From the NCBI RefSeq assembly GCF_041956535.1, contig NW_027192192.1, positions 623,796 to 687,795 on the forward strand: DNA of 64,000 nt, in the 5' to 3' direction. The notes under the pieces were generated by a model. That model was not told the DNA's origin. It made no database searches and saw only the letters and a list, made by a program, of their open reading frames with translations. Shown in pieces: positions 50,235-64,000 of the stretch (position 1 is the first letter of the stretch; each line of letters begins with the position of its first letter). A program made the position numbers and the translations under genes. The DNA comes from Calcarisporiella thermophila CBS 279.70. Lineage: Eukaryota; Fungi; Calcarisporiellomycota.

Positions 50235-53200
50235 TTATTGATGCACAATTGCAGGGGGGCGATTATTAGCGAAAAGAGCCTTTGTAACAAATTCAATTCC
50301 CCACGCCAGGCCAAAATCTAGGAGCATAACAATGGTGAGGCGCTCAGAGAACTATGGAATTGTTTTGATACAAGTTAGTTGTAAGTCTCCGCAATCTTCT
50401 GTAAATTAAAACAGCTCGATACTAACCCCAGAAGGAAAAGGTACAAGTTTCAGACTCTCGTTCATCTCCGGCATGAGTTCCGTTGCACCAGCCAGCGCGA
50501 TACCGCCAACCACCACTAATCCCCAGTACAGCGCGCTGTTATCTTTAAGTCTTTCGCGGAATGGATGCCCCTAAGTTATAGGAAATAAAGAGTATTAATC
50601 AATAAATAACCAAATAATATTAAATAATATCAAAATTACCTGATAGTTGATAGCAAAGGTCGAGACCTGCATCGACAATGAAATGAGGTAGATAGCTGAG
50701 TTGAGTAGACCTGGCTCAAACTCCTTCTCCAAGTCAACTTCCTTTTGACTAGAAAATATACAAAGTCATTACAAACTGAAACATCAAATATTAATACAAC
50801 TACTTACGGCTCTAGCGATTTTGCAAGATTGCCGATATACACAAGAGATGCTATGTGCACAGCAAATTGTCCGAGCACAGAGAGCAATATATAGAAATTG
50901 AATATGTTTGTCTGGGGCCGCTGTTTAGAAAGTTTTTCAAGAGGCTATAAAAACAATTAGCTTACAATTCACTTAATAAGCTAAATTAATATAATACCCT
51001 AGCGCGCGAAATGCATAAAAAGCACACCGACATAAGAATACCGGATATCGTTGCTTGCCTAATATGAATGAAAATTTGTTCAGTATTTACCTTAGGGGTA
51101 CGAATAACAATGCATACCGATCACCAAATTTGATGCCATCAAGGTAGAGCACACTTAAAGTGTAAGCCGAGATAAGACAATTCAGAGCAAGGATTTTGTA
51201 CATTTGAATAGTCGCAACAAGTGTGCAACGGCCCTGGCGAATAATGTTTGGAACTATAATACACATTAAGAAAAAACCAAAAATATACTATCACCAAAAT
51301 ATAAACACTTACTGGCCATTACGTTAGAAAGTTTTGATGTGAATGGAGCGGCTACTGATGCATCCCCCAATTTGATGGTTGGCACCTCGTCATCCATGCC
51401 ATCAAGTAGTTGAGATGTAAGTTGGGATGAATCAAACGCAGGCTGACGCCTCTGTGGCCCACGCTGCTGCTGCTGCTGCTGCTGTTGTTGTTGTTGAAAT
51501 TCGGGGTAGAGATGGGCAATAGCGGGTGGGGGTGGAGGGCAAACAATATTGAAACGCTCGGAGAATTTACGCTGATTCTCGTATAATTCTTTGAGTTTCT
51601 GAATTCGCTGAGCTTCCGCGATTTTTTTCAGATCTTCTGGCTTGCCATCAAGTAGAGCTACGCCTACATGTGCTTGCTTTAGCGCACCGACATCGTTAGT
51701 ACCGTCACCGCACATAAGAGTGGTATAGCCAAGATTTTTAAGTTCCATTAAAATATATTCCTATTTCAATTAACGTTAAGGTGCCATAAAAATTAAATTT
51801 TTCAAAGACGAAGTTTGTTACCTTTTGAGATGGAGAGACGCGAGCATATACCCAGGTGTGTTCAAGGATATCTTTGATTCTCGCACTGCCTTCGAATTTA
51901 CTGAGAGCATGTCCAGTAAGACAGAGATCGTAATTATCAAAGATCTTGGGATCAATAGGATCTGTAGGAGTAATTGGGATCTCTACTGACTCATCAATTG
52001 ACTTGAGGACCAACTCTAATTATGAAATAAAATCAATAGACAGAGTATGTAAATGGAATTTACCGTATATTGATATAGACTAAACAATCACTAACCGGTA
52101 TTTTCGTTGGCCTCATCAGGGTAATCCATAATGAGGACATCACGATCGATTATTTCTACTTCACGGGCTACGTGGCATGCCGTTAGCGGATTGTCGCCAG
52201 TAATCATAATGACTCGATGGGAGGATTCATTGAGCATTTTAATTGCTTGTTTCGAGTCCTCCTTTAATGGGCAAGAGAGAACGAGAAAACCGGCAAAAGT
52301 CAGGCCACTTTCGACAGATTCGCGTGAAAGATTGTTAATCTAAAATACACGTTAAGTATGCGCAAGTATTCAATAAAAAATTAAATGAAATTACCTGATC
52401 CATGCTCATTGAATCTTTCAAAAACTTGAACCCAAGGGCCAACACACGGCTTCCGCGCTTTGTAAAATATTTAAAGGTATCTTCATAGTCGGAAGGAATC
52501 GAGGTAAACATGTTCTTAAGTGTTTCGGGGGCACCTTTTATGGCAACAAAGGTCTTGGTAGAGTCATATAGAGGGGAGACAAGGGTGGACACAGTTGACA
52601 TGCGCTTCAAGGCAGAAGAAAACTGGAAACGGCGGCGAACTTGAAGATTTTGTTTATATCCTTTAGGGTTATCTTTAGGTTCAACGATGTCGTTTTTGCC
52701 CAACTTCCATCCTAACGCTTCCAGCGTAACTTTCTCCATTGGATCACCTACAATTCCATCTTCTAATAAAACTAACGCCTGTGCGGTTGCCAGCACATAA
52801 GTAGTTTCTGCAGGAGTGTCGACAGCTTTGACTAAACTCTTTCCATCTTTACGCCTGTGGGGTACAGATGAATCAATATTGAGTATGCAGTGATAGAGAG
52901 ATGTGTAGCATACTTAATTCCGGCAATTCCTTCAACTATCAAGCTTTCGCCAGTCAGGGTTCCAGTTTTGTCGAAACAGCAAACGTCAACCTTGCCGGCG
53001 GATGGAATACGGAAAGGCTCAGTACAAAAGATAGCTTTTCATTTGCAATTTAAATAATAAGTATTGGTAATTAATTTCTCATGATAGTCTCACTAACCAT
53101 AGCGTGCAAGAGCAACCAGGGAGGTATTAACAGCGAGAGAGAGCTCCATAGGAAGTTCAGGAGGAACGACCGATGTGATAATAAGGATGCAATCTAATAA

Positions 53201-55014
53201 AAGTTTTGAGCGCTTTCTATCGGACTTGACACCTAGTATCATCAATGGTTTAGAATTTAAGCTTCAAGATGAATATTTAAATAAATATGTACCCTCTGTC
53301 CAGACATAAGCAGATGCGATAATGGCGAAGATCAATAAAAACAAGATGAAGAGTAGTGCCTCAAAATTATTGGCCGTTACACGCTCGGTCGAAAACATCA
53401 TTGTGCGAACGAGTTTTCCTTGGGAGGTCCCGAATCCAGTGCGGACGACGTACGCAAGGCAACCATTATCAGGAGCTTTAATTGAAAAAAATAAACGAAA
53501 TTAGAGCAAATGTGTTCTCACGTGAACAATACAGAAAGTTAGATTGAATCTCACCAACTAATGTGCTGTCGGCTGAAGGCGTTACTTGGAGTACTTTAGT
53601 ACCTCCGTAGAGAACATTGTTTTTATCAGCACCAGTTAAATCCAAGAGATCATTAGGATCGCGCAGAGCAATCGATTCTTTTAGGAGTGGAGTGGATTCA
53701 CCGGAGAGCATTGCTTCGTTGACAATACAGCTGCCATTCACAATTACCATATCACAAGGAACAGCAGAGTCCTCCTTTGTTCGCACTATAAAGAAATTTA
53801 GTAAGCATACTAACAGATCGCACTTGGTCTTCGCAAATTTACCCATAGACACGAGATCGCCTGGAACAAGCTCATCGCTTTGAATCATAGTCCAACGGTT
53901 TTTCCGGCGAACATAAATTGGGAAAGGTTTTATCGACATGCTACGGAACTCGCTTAAAGTTCGAAGGCGCTAAAATGTTCCATGATAGGATAAGTATCAA
54001 AAGGCCATTATTAAGTAAAAATAATTGCAAAATTTACTTGGAACACCACAGTGGATTCGAATACTATAAGCATGAACAAAGTGAAAAGGGAGTAGTACCA
54101 ATAGTCATCTAGACACCAGAGTCCAACGCAGAAGAGTTGGAACACAAAGAAAGGGGCAACAGCATGCTCCTTGAAGAGCTCTTGAAAAGTCGGCATGGGA
54201 ATATCAAAACTAGAAAATTTAAAAACGTCAAGACAGGTCAACTAATTGTGTAGGAGTGTGTAATACCGGTTCAAGCTATATTTTTCTGTCGCAAGTTGGA
54301 TTTGTTTATCGTTTTCTAGGCCTTTTGCATTTTGGAAGGTTGAAAGAGGGGGGTTGAAATAAGACGGGTACTTCAGCTTCTCAAACTGCTTCTTGTCTTC
54401 ATTATATATGTACTTTTTGCGTTGAAAATAGAATGAAAGTTCGCCCTTTTTTTCATCGCCAATCGGCTAATAATAAAAGTGTAATAATTAGAAAACCAAG
54501 CTATCACACGTTGTATATAAAATAGATTACCTTTCCGTGGTGAATTTCACAAAGTGCGCCCTTTCCTTTATGTTTGGCAGGGATAAACATTATCAAGCCA
54601 GCTTTATAGGGATCTTTCTCCTAAAAAAATCACACGGCATTAGTGAAATTTTACAAAACGGAAAGGCATTTAATTACAGAGACGCAAGTCAACATGGCCT
54701 TGATAGGGATGCTCCATTGGCACACAAGAAAGGTGAGGGCATTGAGAGTGAATATGGAACCAAGTGAGAGAAAGGTCCATTCTCCAGATCCAAGAAATCG
54801 CTCGTACTGGAACAGATAAATATAGAGCCATGAAGGATACAAAATCATGACGAATGGCCACACATAAGCATGCAACTTGCGCGGCAGCCGTGTGTGTAGC
54901 GATGCAGACCTGATTGATTTCGAGGCCACCAATGAAGACCTTAACATAGATCAATAGAGAAACGTCATTAGATAATCTCCCTTGGCATTCTAAAGAGATG
55001 ATGAATACTTACAT
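50235..55014 (-). CDS. SPF1: P5A-type ATPase (Spf1/ATP13A1)
   Basis: [63 protein letters not shown]; start at 54947 or at split AT|G 55014. Confidence 0.96.
51463..51497 (-). repeat. (CAA/CAG)n poly-Gln tract in SPF1
   Basis: ctgctg.../ttgttg... on the + strand; [11 protein letters not shown] in ORF 51266..51748. Confidence 0.85.
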
Positions 55015-55252
55015 CGTGGTGACTTTGTAGGATGAGGAGAAGTTATGGCTTCAAGTCTCTGTTAATGGTAACGAGAAATAAGAGATGAAAAGTAAAATAA
55101 CAGTTTGGATTGAGGAATTAAATTTAGTGACGTTTAATTTGCAAGCAGTAGAAAAGTTTCATAAAATCGTCGAAAAAAGAAGCGAAAAGCCAAGACGCAT
55201 GTATACAAGAGAAAAGAACAAGATACCAGAAAAAGTATAGAATAATGATAAC

Positions 55253-56263
<1,011 letters not shown>

Positions 56264-56791
56264 TGCGAGAGGGTAATCAAAAAGCAGAGAGGAGAGGAGG
56301 CGGGAGTGAGGGGAATGGGAAAAAAAGTGGAGTTTCACCTACACACTGAGTGAAATGACTTAAATTTTACGACAATTACACGAAATTTTCATCCGATTGC
56401 GGAAGAAACTTATTTTTCTGCTGCAGCCATACGCACAAATGGGGACGGGCGCAGCCAATTTCGCGACAAGTCCTTTCCTTGCCTGCCGGCCACGAGCTGG
56501 TGCGTCGTTGCTCTCTACACAGGCTCACGGGCAACCAGGAGGCCAGTCACCGTGATAACTCTGCTTGAAATTGACGAGTTTGAACAGGCGTTTGGATAGA
56601 ATCCTTGGATTTGAAACTAATATAGTCCGTTGGGCGTCAATCGAGACCAAAATGATAACGGCGCAGAGGCCAAGATACGGGAGGGTTGTTTTTAAAATAA
56701 ACCGAAGTCAAGGGACGCAACTGCTTGAAAGCTAAGGCACCACATCACCCTAGGAAATCCCGTGAAATTACTCACAACTTTATAAACCTCA

Positions 56792-57825
56792 ATGACACTG
56801 AAAGCTAATAACATACCGACTCGGATGAAGGTATCCCGAATGGAGAACATCATTGAAGAAATGAACTAATTACAATTCTGCCTGAATATTATGGCCGTCT
56901 TTTGCCTCGGTAGCAGCCCCGCTTCATATGGTGGTGCCTGCACCTCGGCACTTTAATCTGGAGCTTGTCCTTTTTCTTGAGTGTGATATTAATGCGCTCC
57001 AAGTATATACTTTATCACATTGCGTACTTGTTCATAGTCATTACTTATGCCTTCGTTACTTATCACTCATTCGGTGTAAGTAGTACAATTGATATTTATT
57101 ATGCAATTCTAACGAACTTTTGTCAATCAGTTACCCAAAGCATCCATGCAGTACCTGCAAAATATACTTTTGGATGAAAATACACAACACTTGATTCTCT
57201 CGCTTTACTTCTTATTTTCGAAGGCAGTAACAAGTGAGTAACTCTACCATTTAGAGTATATCTGGCAAATATATTAATGCAACTCTCTTTCAGTAACTTT
57301 GTTACCTTTCGCCATCTTCTCATTCTTCCATACGATAGATTATGCTTGCGTCCACCTATTCACCACATTTTTCTCGGAGCCATCCATGAGATCACATGAT
57401 TCCAAATCACTTCCCGTTAGGTTAAATCAAACTCTTATAAATTTGGTCCACAGCAATCACAAGAATGCCATCATATTTGTGTCATATCTAGAAGTCGCTA
57501 TAGCCATACGTCTGGTACTCGGAGCTCTTGTGTAAGTTATGTTTATTCATGGTCAAAATCAATGAAATTAACGCTTTTATTTTTCAGCTTCCGAAATTCA
57601 TTAGTAGCCGTTGCATTCTACGCCCACTTTTTGCGAATGCGATACCTCATGAGCCCACAGACGCGCTCTGCATTCAACCATATTGGAGACAGACTTGACT
57701 CCTTACTCTCTCCATCTAAGGATTCATCCTTAACTGGAAAAATCTATAGTCAAGCCAAATACGTCATGTCGCGCTATTGCGAGAGCACGGCTCTGCAGTT
57801 CCAAGCCATCAAGCCTGGTCAATAG
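56792..57825 (+). CDS. TMEM33/Pom33 family ER/nuclear-pore membrane protein
   Basis: LLDENTQHL, LLPFAIFSFFH, YAHFLRMRYLMSPQTR. Confidence 0.82.
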
Positions 57826-58048
57826 TTACACTTGGTGTCTATGTGTAGCGGCTTGTTATCCATTTGGCAATAATAGTCAGTGCCAGGATTTTTTTGTCAG
57901 CAACCGATATGAATATATTTTTGTTCCACAATTTTAATGTGGCTTAATATGGTAACTGGTGGTTTTTCTCCACTTTTACCGTCAAATTTCCATGGTGAGC
58001 GTTTTCTAAACTTGCCGTTCTCTCAGCGATATCAATTAAATTCAAGTG

Positions 58049-59970
58049 ATGGTAATCATTTGGAATTAGTACACTTCCTATAATCTGATCCTATAATGTC
58101 TTCTTCTGACTCCACAGTCGACTTACGAAGTCTCCATCACACTTAAAGCCGTTAGCCAAAGCTCTCGAATCACGCTCGAGGTTAATGGCAAAGTGATCAT
58201 AAAAAAGCTCATTGAATACTCCTGCCAGCGCATGGGCATTTTTGAGACATGGAAATATGGCCTGTACGTACATTTCCAAGCTTCGTTACTAACATATATC
58301 AACTGATTTATCTATGTTCAGATATTCAGAAACTTCGAAGACCTGGCTCCTTGATAATCATACCATAAGCATGCATTCCAGACGCGCCCTGGTAAGTAAT
58401 TCCGCATTCTATCGGAAGATAAACCCAAACGAGACTTATAGATACATCGCAATAGTCCTCTTTAACTCTTCAATTCAAGCGTGGGTCATATTTTAATAAT
58501 GCGCTTTGCACACATTCACCTACAATTAAGCAAACTATTAAGGCACATAAGTTTTACGCCGCGCACAATATCAGAGCAATTTTTAGCAGTGCGAAACAGT
58601 TTTTTCCTAAGAAATATGTGCCAAATAGCATTTATCTCGCTGCCGTCATCTTCGATAGTAATGATCGTATTCTCCTTACTCCACAACGATTCCTTCCTAC
58701 AGTGCCAATTGTTTTAAATGACCCAGCATACAACTGGCTTGACGAGTCCAATCCCGTTTTTATCTCTTTCTTGAGTCATTTTAGGAGTTTTGGTGACACT
58801 TTTTCTTACAAATTCTCAGAGGATCTCAACCCACCTCCGCTGAAGAACAATGCTTCCGCAATATCTGACAATTTGAATCAGGAAAGAAGATTATGTAAAG
58901 GAATGCTTCTTGCTGCGGATCGCATGAAGCTAATGCTTCAATTAGAGGATATCGGATTTGCTTACGACAGTGTAATTGAGCTTAAAGATTCTGTAAAATT
59001 TCTAGTGGTAATCCGATTCGTCGATGAAGCCACCCAGAATGTGGTGGCAAGCGAGCTGCTTAGACGACACCAATTGGTATGGAAGTCCCCGCGGGGATCA
59101 CTTATACGAGAACATAGGATGTTTTCAGAACTTCTGAACGAATATACATCTTTCTTTGCGTCGCGAAATTTTAGCGAAAAAGGCCTTTATTTAGGGTTTA
59201 GATCTATGCTATATTCGACTTTCACTTCATGGAATCTGATTTCTATTCTATTTTCTCATCTCAGTCTATTTCATCTGGCCATATCACCAGCGGGAACGTA
59301 CATTCTTGTTGCGAAGGGACGCAAATACATGATTCCGATGATCAGTATTCGCTATGAAAGTGATACTTTATCGCCAGAGGAATTGAAATGGCTACGATGG
59401 GTGTGCTCTTTGACCAAAAATGAGATCAGAGAGCAGATACATATGATTTCCTCTAACCCCTCAACTCGACTTGGTGGGTTCCAGAAGGATTTCATTAGCG
59501 CTTATTTCGATCTCCAGAGACACACGGTAGGGATTTCTTTTCTTCAGCTATTCCATACCCATACTCATTGAACAGCTTTTGTGAAGGGAATTGAGTTCGA
59601 CCCTTCTGATCTTTACTGCGATGGAGTTCTTAACATCTGTTTTCCATCTCTAAAATGGTGCGAATTTGCCGATGCAAGCGGAGCCTTAGATGCCGAAAAC
59701 CCTTCCTCTTCTGCTAACGCGATAATGATTGTGAAGCATTTTCAATACCCATCAGAGCCCTCCTCGCATACTCTCAACGATGAAGTGTTTTCATACTTTC
59801 CTATTAAGGCGTTTGAATCGTTGTGTTCAGCGTCGGATGTGCTACAAGAGGACGAGTACGGATTAGTTTTCAATAAGGCACAGTGGTCGAAGGAGCGCGT
59901 GTGGTACGCGCGTATTTCTGAATGGGATTTGCAGCGAAGTAGGAGTTGGCATGGGAATGGGACGCTCTAA
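58049..59970 (+). CDS. Uncharacterised protein: ubiquitin-like/FERM-F1-like N-terminus plus ANKFN1/WAKE-like C-terminal region
   Basis: Manual splicing of 5 exons (ATG|intron 58052-58117...). Motifs CQRMGIFETWKYGLY..WL, IYLAAVIFDSNDRILLT..FLP, LEDIG, GLYLGLF, SPEELKWL, PIKAFE. Family assignment is from recalled motifs only. Confidence 0.6.
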
Positions 59971-60355
59971 ACCCTATAAAGAAATAGAATAGTCTTTATT
60001 TACAATAATTTATATATTTATGATTGTATTATGTTTCAGGTCATTTTAGTGTGCGATTCCCTAAAAGGTGTGTAACCAAGAGGTGCATTATAATATAGTC
60101 ATTATTTTGTCGCAATATTACCTGCTTACCTCAGGAAAATAGCCAGCGTGAGTAACCAAGGAATGAGAAGGACTAATTTAACCCTCGAATTACAACGAAA
60201 CAACTCTAATATACGCCCGATCATTCATTTCAGGCTCCGAGGTCATTATTTCAATTAATGATTTTCTATTTTTCTCTGTTTCGAATTTGTTCTCACTTTT
60301 CACTTTATCATTCTCCCTTCTAGCTCATCAGCTAAAGCAGCTAAAGCATTTGAAA

Positions 60356-61895
60356 ATGAGCTGTACTATGGCAGATCCCGCCATTTTCTCAACTTACCAA
60401 GAAATCTTATCCGGAAATGTCGTCTGGTTAGTTGAATTCTATTGAAGCTATCAACTATCATAGCTATTCAGTGGTTACTAATGTGACATTTAAACAGGAT
60501 GATTCTAGGCTATAGTGGGACTCGAGATGTGATTTCTTTCTATTCCAAGGGAACAAATATGGATGAGTTTCGTAGAAATCTGAATGAAGACGTGTTGTAT
60601 GGATTCGTGCGGATTGAGGGAAGGTGTGCTTTTATCACCTATATGAGTGAGCAGGTTAGCGGAGTGAGAAGAGGTAATGGTCGAATTTTGAGTCGTCCAT
60701 CTTGGTACTTATTCTGATAACTTTCTTCATCGACCAGCTCGGGCTCTCGTCCACGGTAGAAGCATAAGTAGTCAGCTTAAGGTATAGCTAATATATACAA
60801 AAAATAAAATATCGAATTAGAATTAACAGAATGCTTTTTTTTTTTCCTTGCAACTCAAGGATTATGATGTTCATTTCACTGCTACTAGTTTGGACGATGT
60901 CAGTGACAACAGTTTGCGCCATCGTCTGAAGCTTGTACATTCAAACAACCGACGTTCCACATCCTCTGTCCAAGAAACACCGCCACTCTCCCCTGTAGCC
61001 TCGCCCGAACTCCACTCATCACGGGTAAGTGGCCAAAGTCCACCGATGCAAACAGCGAACACTCCGGTCAATACTATGGAACATTCCCCTACGTTGCCGA
61101 GATCACCGACAGCCTATACAGAGGAAGATAGCGAGGAGGAAGACCTTGAAACGTGGATGGAGGAGGAAAACCAATTGCTGGAGATGTATCCGGATAAACG
61201 AAAGTCTAAACAAAGATATTCTAAGGACAGTGGGGCATCCATAGAGAATTCACCTGGGCCAGCACCCCAACATCCACCCCCGGTTCCAAATGAGACTATC
61301 CCGGTGCGTCGAACTGATGGTGAAGAGAAAAAGCGGTCTCCCACCGCACGCAGTGAAAACAAGAATAAAGGGAAAGCTCTGCAGCCACCACCACTGGCAC
61401 CCCGTCCTCCTGAGACCCTTCAGAAAGACCCCAAGAGTATGCAGACGAAACGCTCGAGCAAAACGAATGGCTGGAAGGAAACAAATACAAACGCTGCTTC
61501 AAACGCAGTGGATATAAACGTAATGGTCCCGCTTATCCTCATATAGCTGATTCTTACTCATTTTTGTAATTTCGACTCATTAGGACCCAGACCAATTATG
61601 TGGATATATCTCATGCCAGGTACATCATGCTAGCTTCTGGAAGCGGCGCTGGTTTATCTTGAGTAATAAACGCATGCGATTGTACCGCGATTTTATGGAC
61701 GCGTGGAGAGAAAGAGATCCCACGAGAGTTGTTGATTTAAATAACATACGTCAGGTTGAGGCGGCCGAGGAAGAAGTGTTTATGCCCAACTCATTCCGAG
61801 TTAAATTCGATGATTCATCGCTTTACTTTTTCGCCGACAGTCCCAAAGGGCGCGAACTAGTTGTAGAATATCTCAAGAAGCTTTCGGTTTGTTGA
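60356..61895 (+). CDS. ADF-H (drebrin/coactosin-like) plus PH domain protein
   Basis: N-terminal WMILGY...LYGFVRI...FITYMSEQVSGVRRARALVH; Pro-rich linker; C-terminal CGYISCQ...WKRRWFIL...PNSF...FFADS. Confidence 0.75.
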
Positions 61896-62140
61896 GTTTA
61901 GATAACTGTTTTATTTATTTCACCCAACAATTAGCGATATGTATGCTCAGTAATTCTAATCATAAATTGTACCTTAATGCCTCTACTAATTTTGGTAAAA
62001 ATAATAAATTTAATGGTCTTTTGATTGTCAATCTGTCATGACGGAGAATCACGTCACAAGCAAGCCGCTTCCATATTCCCTATAAAATCCGCATCGACCA
62101 ACCAGGATATTATTACTGGACAGCCCTATCGAATCCCGAA

Positions 62141-63219
62141 ATGACAGAAAGCCAGATCCCGGATGCCTCTTCCCCAGACAACTTGGCGGTATATGTGGAG
62201 CACCTTAATTTCGATTTTGGAGGTCCTGCTATCCTCCAGGATGTAAACCTCGCTCTCCCCCGAGGATCACGTTGTTTGCTTGTCGGTGCTAATGGGGCGG
62301 GCAAAACAACGCTACTACGTATCCTGGCAGGTAAACGGATGGTGAAATCTACCGTCAAAGTTCTCGGCACGGGATCCTTTTCCAACCCGCCACCTGTAAT
62401 TATTGCTAAATCTCGAATGCAGGCACTCTTCTAATTATTATTGCATTAGATGGGGGTAACCTACCTAGGCACCGAATGGGCGTCCAATCCCGTGACTCGC
62501 AGTGACATTCGGGTAGATCATCTTATCCGCAGTATCGGTGGTGATCGCTATCCCGAGCGCCGTGATCTTCTCGTTAGTATCTTGGATGTCGATGAGACCT
62601 GGCATATGCATGAAGTTTCTGACGGCGAACGCCGCCGAGTTCAACTCGTACTTGGTCTATTGAAACCATGGGATTTGCTGCTTCTCGATGAAGTGACGGT
62701 CGATTTGGATGTACTAGTGCGCGCCGAATTTCTGCAGTTCTTGAAGCGTGAGACAGAGGAACGGAATGCGACCATTGTGAGTATGGGTGTATAGGGTGCG
62801 GATTTTACCTCTTTCTTATAGATCAATCTGTACGTGGTTAGGTATATGCAACACATATTTTCGACGGCATCGGCGAATGGCCAACGCACTTTGTGCGGAT
62901 GGTAAAGGGCACTGTAGTGCAGACTCATGAAATAACCAATTTCCCCGAGTTTGATGCATTCCGAGAATATCATCAGAAGCATCGTATTGCCGACTCTCCA
63001 CTGATGGCGATGTGTTTAACTTGGCTCAAACAGGTACGTTTAGTGCAGTTAGAATAATTTGAAGGGCTCTTTCTAATACAAGCGACATAGGATCGGGCGT
63101 TGCTTCGACGCGAGAAACTAAAGAACAAGGACGAACACAAACCGACACGATGGGAGGAATTGAGCGAGGATATGAAGACGTTCGGCGATCGCTATTATAA
63201 TTACTGGAAGAACTACTAG
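62141..63219 (+). CDS. CAF16: Soluble ABC ATPase, Caf16-like
   Basis: [50 protein letters not shown]. Confidence 0.88.
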
Positions 63220-63438
63220 ACCCTTAGAGAATGTAGATAGAACTCCACTTGGCTGTTTTATTTTTATTACAATAAAAAGCATAGAAATATACATTATATT
63301 TAAACGCATAAGATTCGTCTGAATGAAAAATAAAAAGATATATTTTCTAATAAATTAACGGAAAAAACACAGGCATTTCATAACCAAACGAAGAGTAAAG
63401 AAAGAATATAACAAAACGCGTCTTTGTTTTTTATCAAA

Positions 63439-64000
63439 TTAAGGGGAGATACCCGAGAGCTCACGTTCTAAATCTTCATCCATAGGTATTGCAGACGTTT
63501 GGACGACTGCGCTGGCAATGCTCTCCTCCTGCTCCATCGCGTCAAACTTGCCATCTACTGGATCGGTGTAACTTGTAGCTGATGCAGGTGTCGGATGGTC
63601 TTGGCTATCGCTTGGAGATATGGGACTACAAAATGAATATGTCAATTAAGTTTCAAATCGTGTCGTTTAGCTCTAACACCCACTTTTCCCTACGAACACC
63701 CGTCACATCCAGACGCAGGCTATTTCGCTGATTACGGAACTTGCGCACCTCGTTTGCAATCATTTCTAGCATAAATGGTATTAGTGGGGGAGAAGAACTG
63801 CTGGCCAAATTTTCCTTAACCTACCTTTCATCTCGTTCATGTCATTGGTGGCCTCGAACGAGAAATCAAAGATCTCATGGTGAGAAGGCTACAGAAGCAT
63901 AAGATCAGCCACCGAATTCATGATCTTAGAAAAAGCAGAACATACCTCATCTTCCTCAAAGTGGAATGGAGCTAAGTACGGGTGTTCCAGTGCCTGCTGG
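63439..64000 (-). CDS. MAP kinase C-terminus, Mpk1/Slt2-like (5' part outside the window)
   Basis: QQALEHPYLAPFHFEEDEP, FDFSFE, MIANEVRKFR, C-terminal DLERELS. Confidence 0.75.

Noticed and set aside
62615-62632. Non-canonical ABC signature VSDGE
   Set aside because: Normal for the Caf16 family; not a degenerate feature.

Overview
Eukaryotic, gene-dense window from an early-diverging fungus, most likely Mucoromycota-like. This is inferred from AT-rich intergenic DNA, many 55-110 nt GT-AG introns, and a fungal gene set (class II aldolase, Zap1-type factor, chitin synthase) alongside muskelin, DDX21, METTL22 and GT49. About 30 protein-coding genes can be supported. No rRNA, tRNA, CRISPR array or intact transposon was recognised. 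Most genes are housekeeping: RPA43, CDC10, RRS1, DDX21, SEN2, SUN protein, FBA1, MRPL7, PRO2, PDI1, HACL1, ELP2, SPF1, AMMECR1, TMEM33/POM33, CAF16 and an MPK1-like kinase. The most unusual observations: (1) an orphan gene resembling the C-terminal region of animal ANKFN1/WAKE/NMF9, fused to a FERM-F1/ubiquitin-like N-terminus; (2) a chitin-synthase-like protein whose QRRRW/EDR/CLPG motifs have degenerated, while a literal QRRRW occurs in its C-terminal tail; (3) a 48-aa Cys/His microprotein below the ORF cut-off; (4) a stand-alone TFIIS domain-II protein; (5) three spaced hairpin/W-box repeats with a compensatory base change in front of a GPI-cupredoxin; (6) an intron-split start codon in SPF1; (7) a recurring GTGACT/GTGGCT (Homol-D-like) promoter motif. 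Gene coordinates include introns, and exon boundaries were read by eye.
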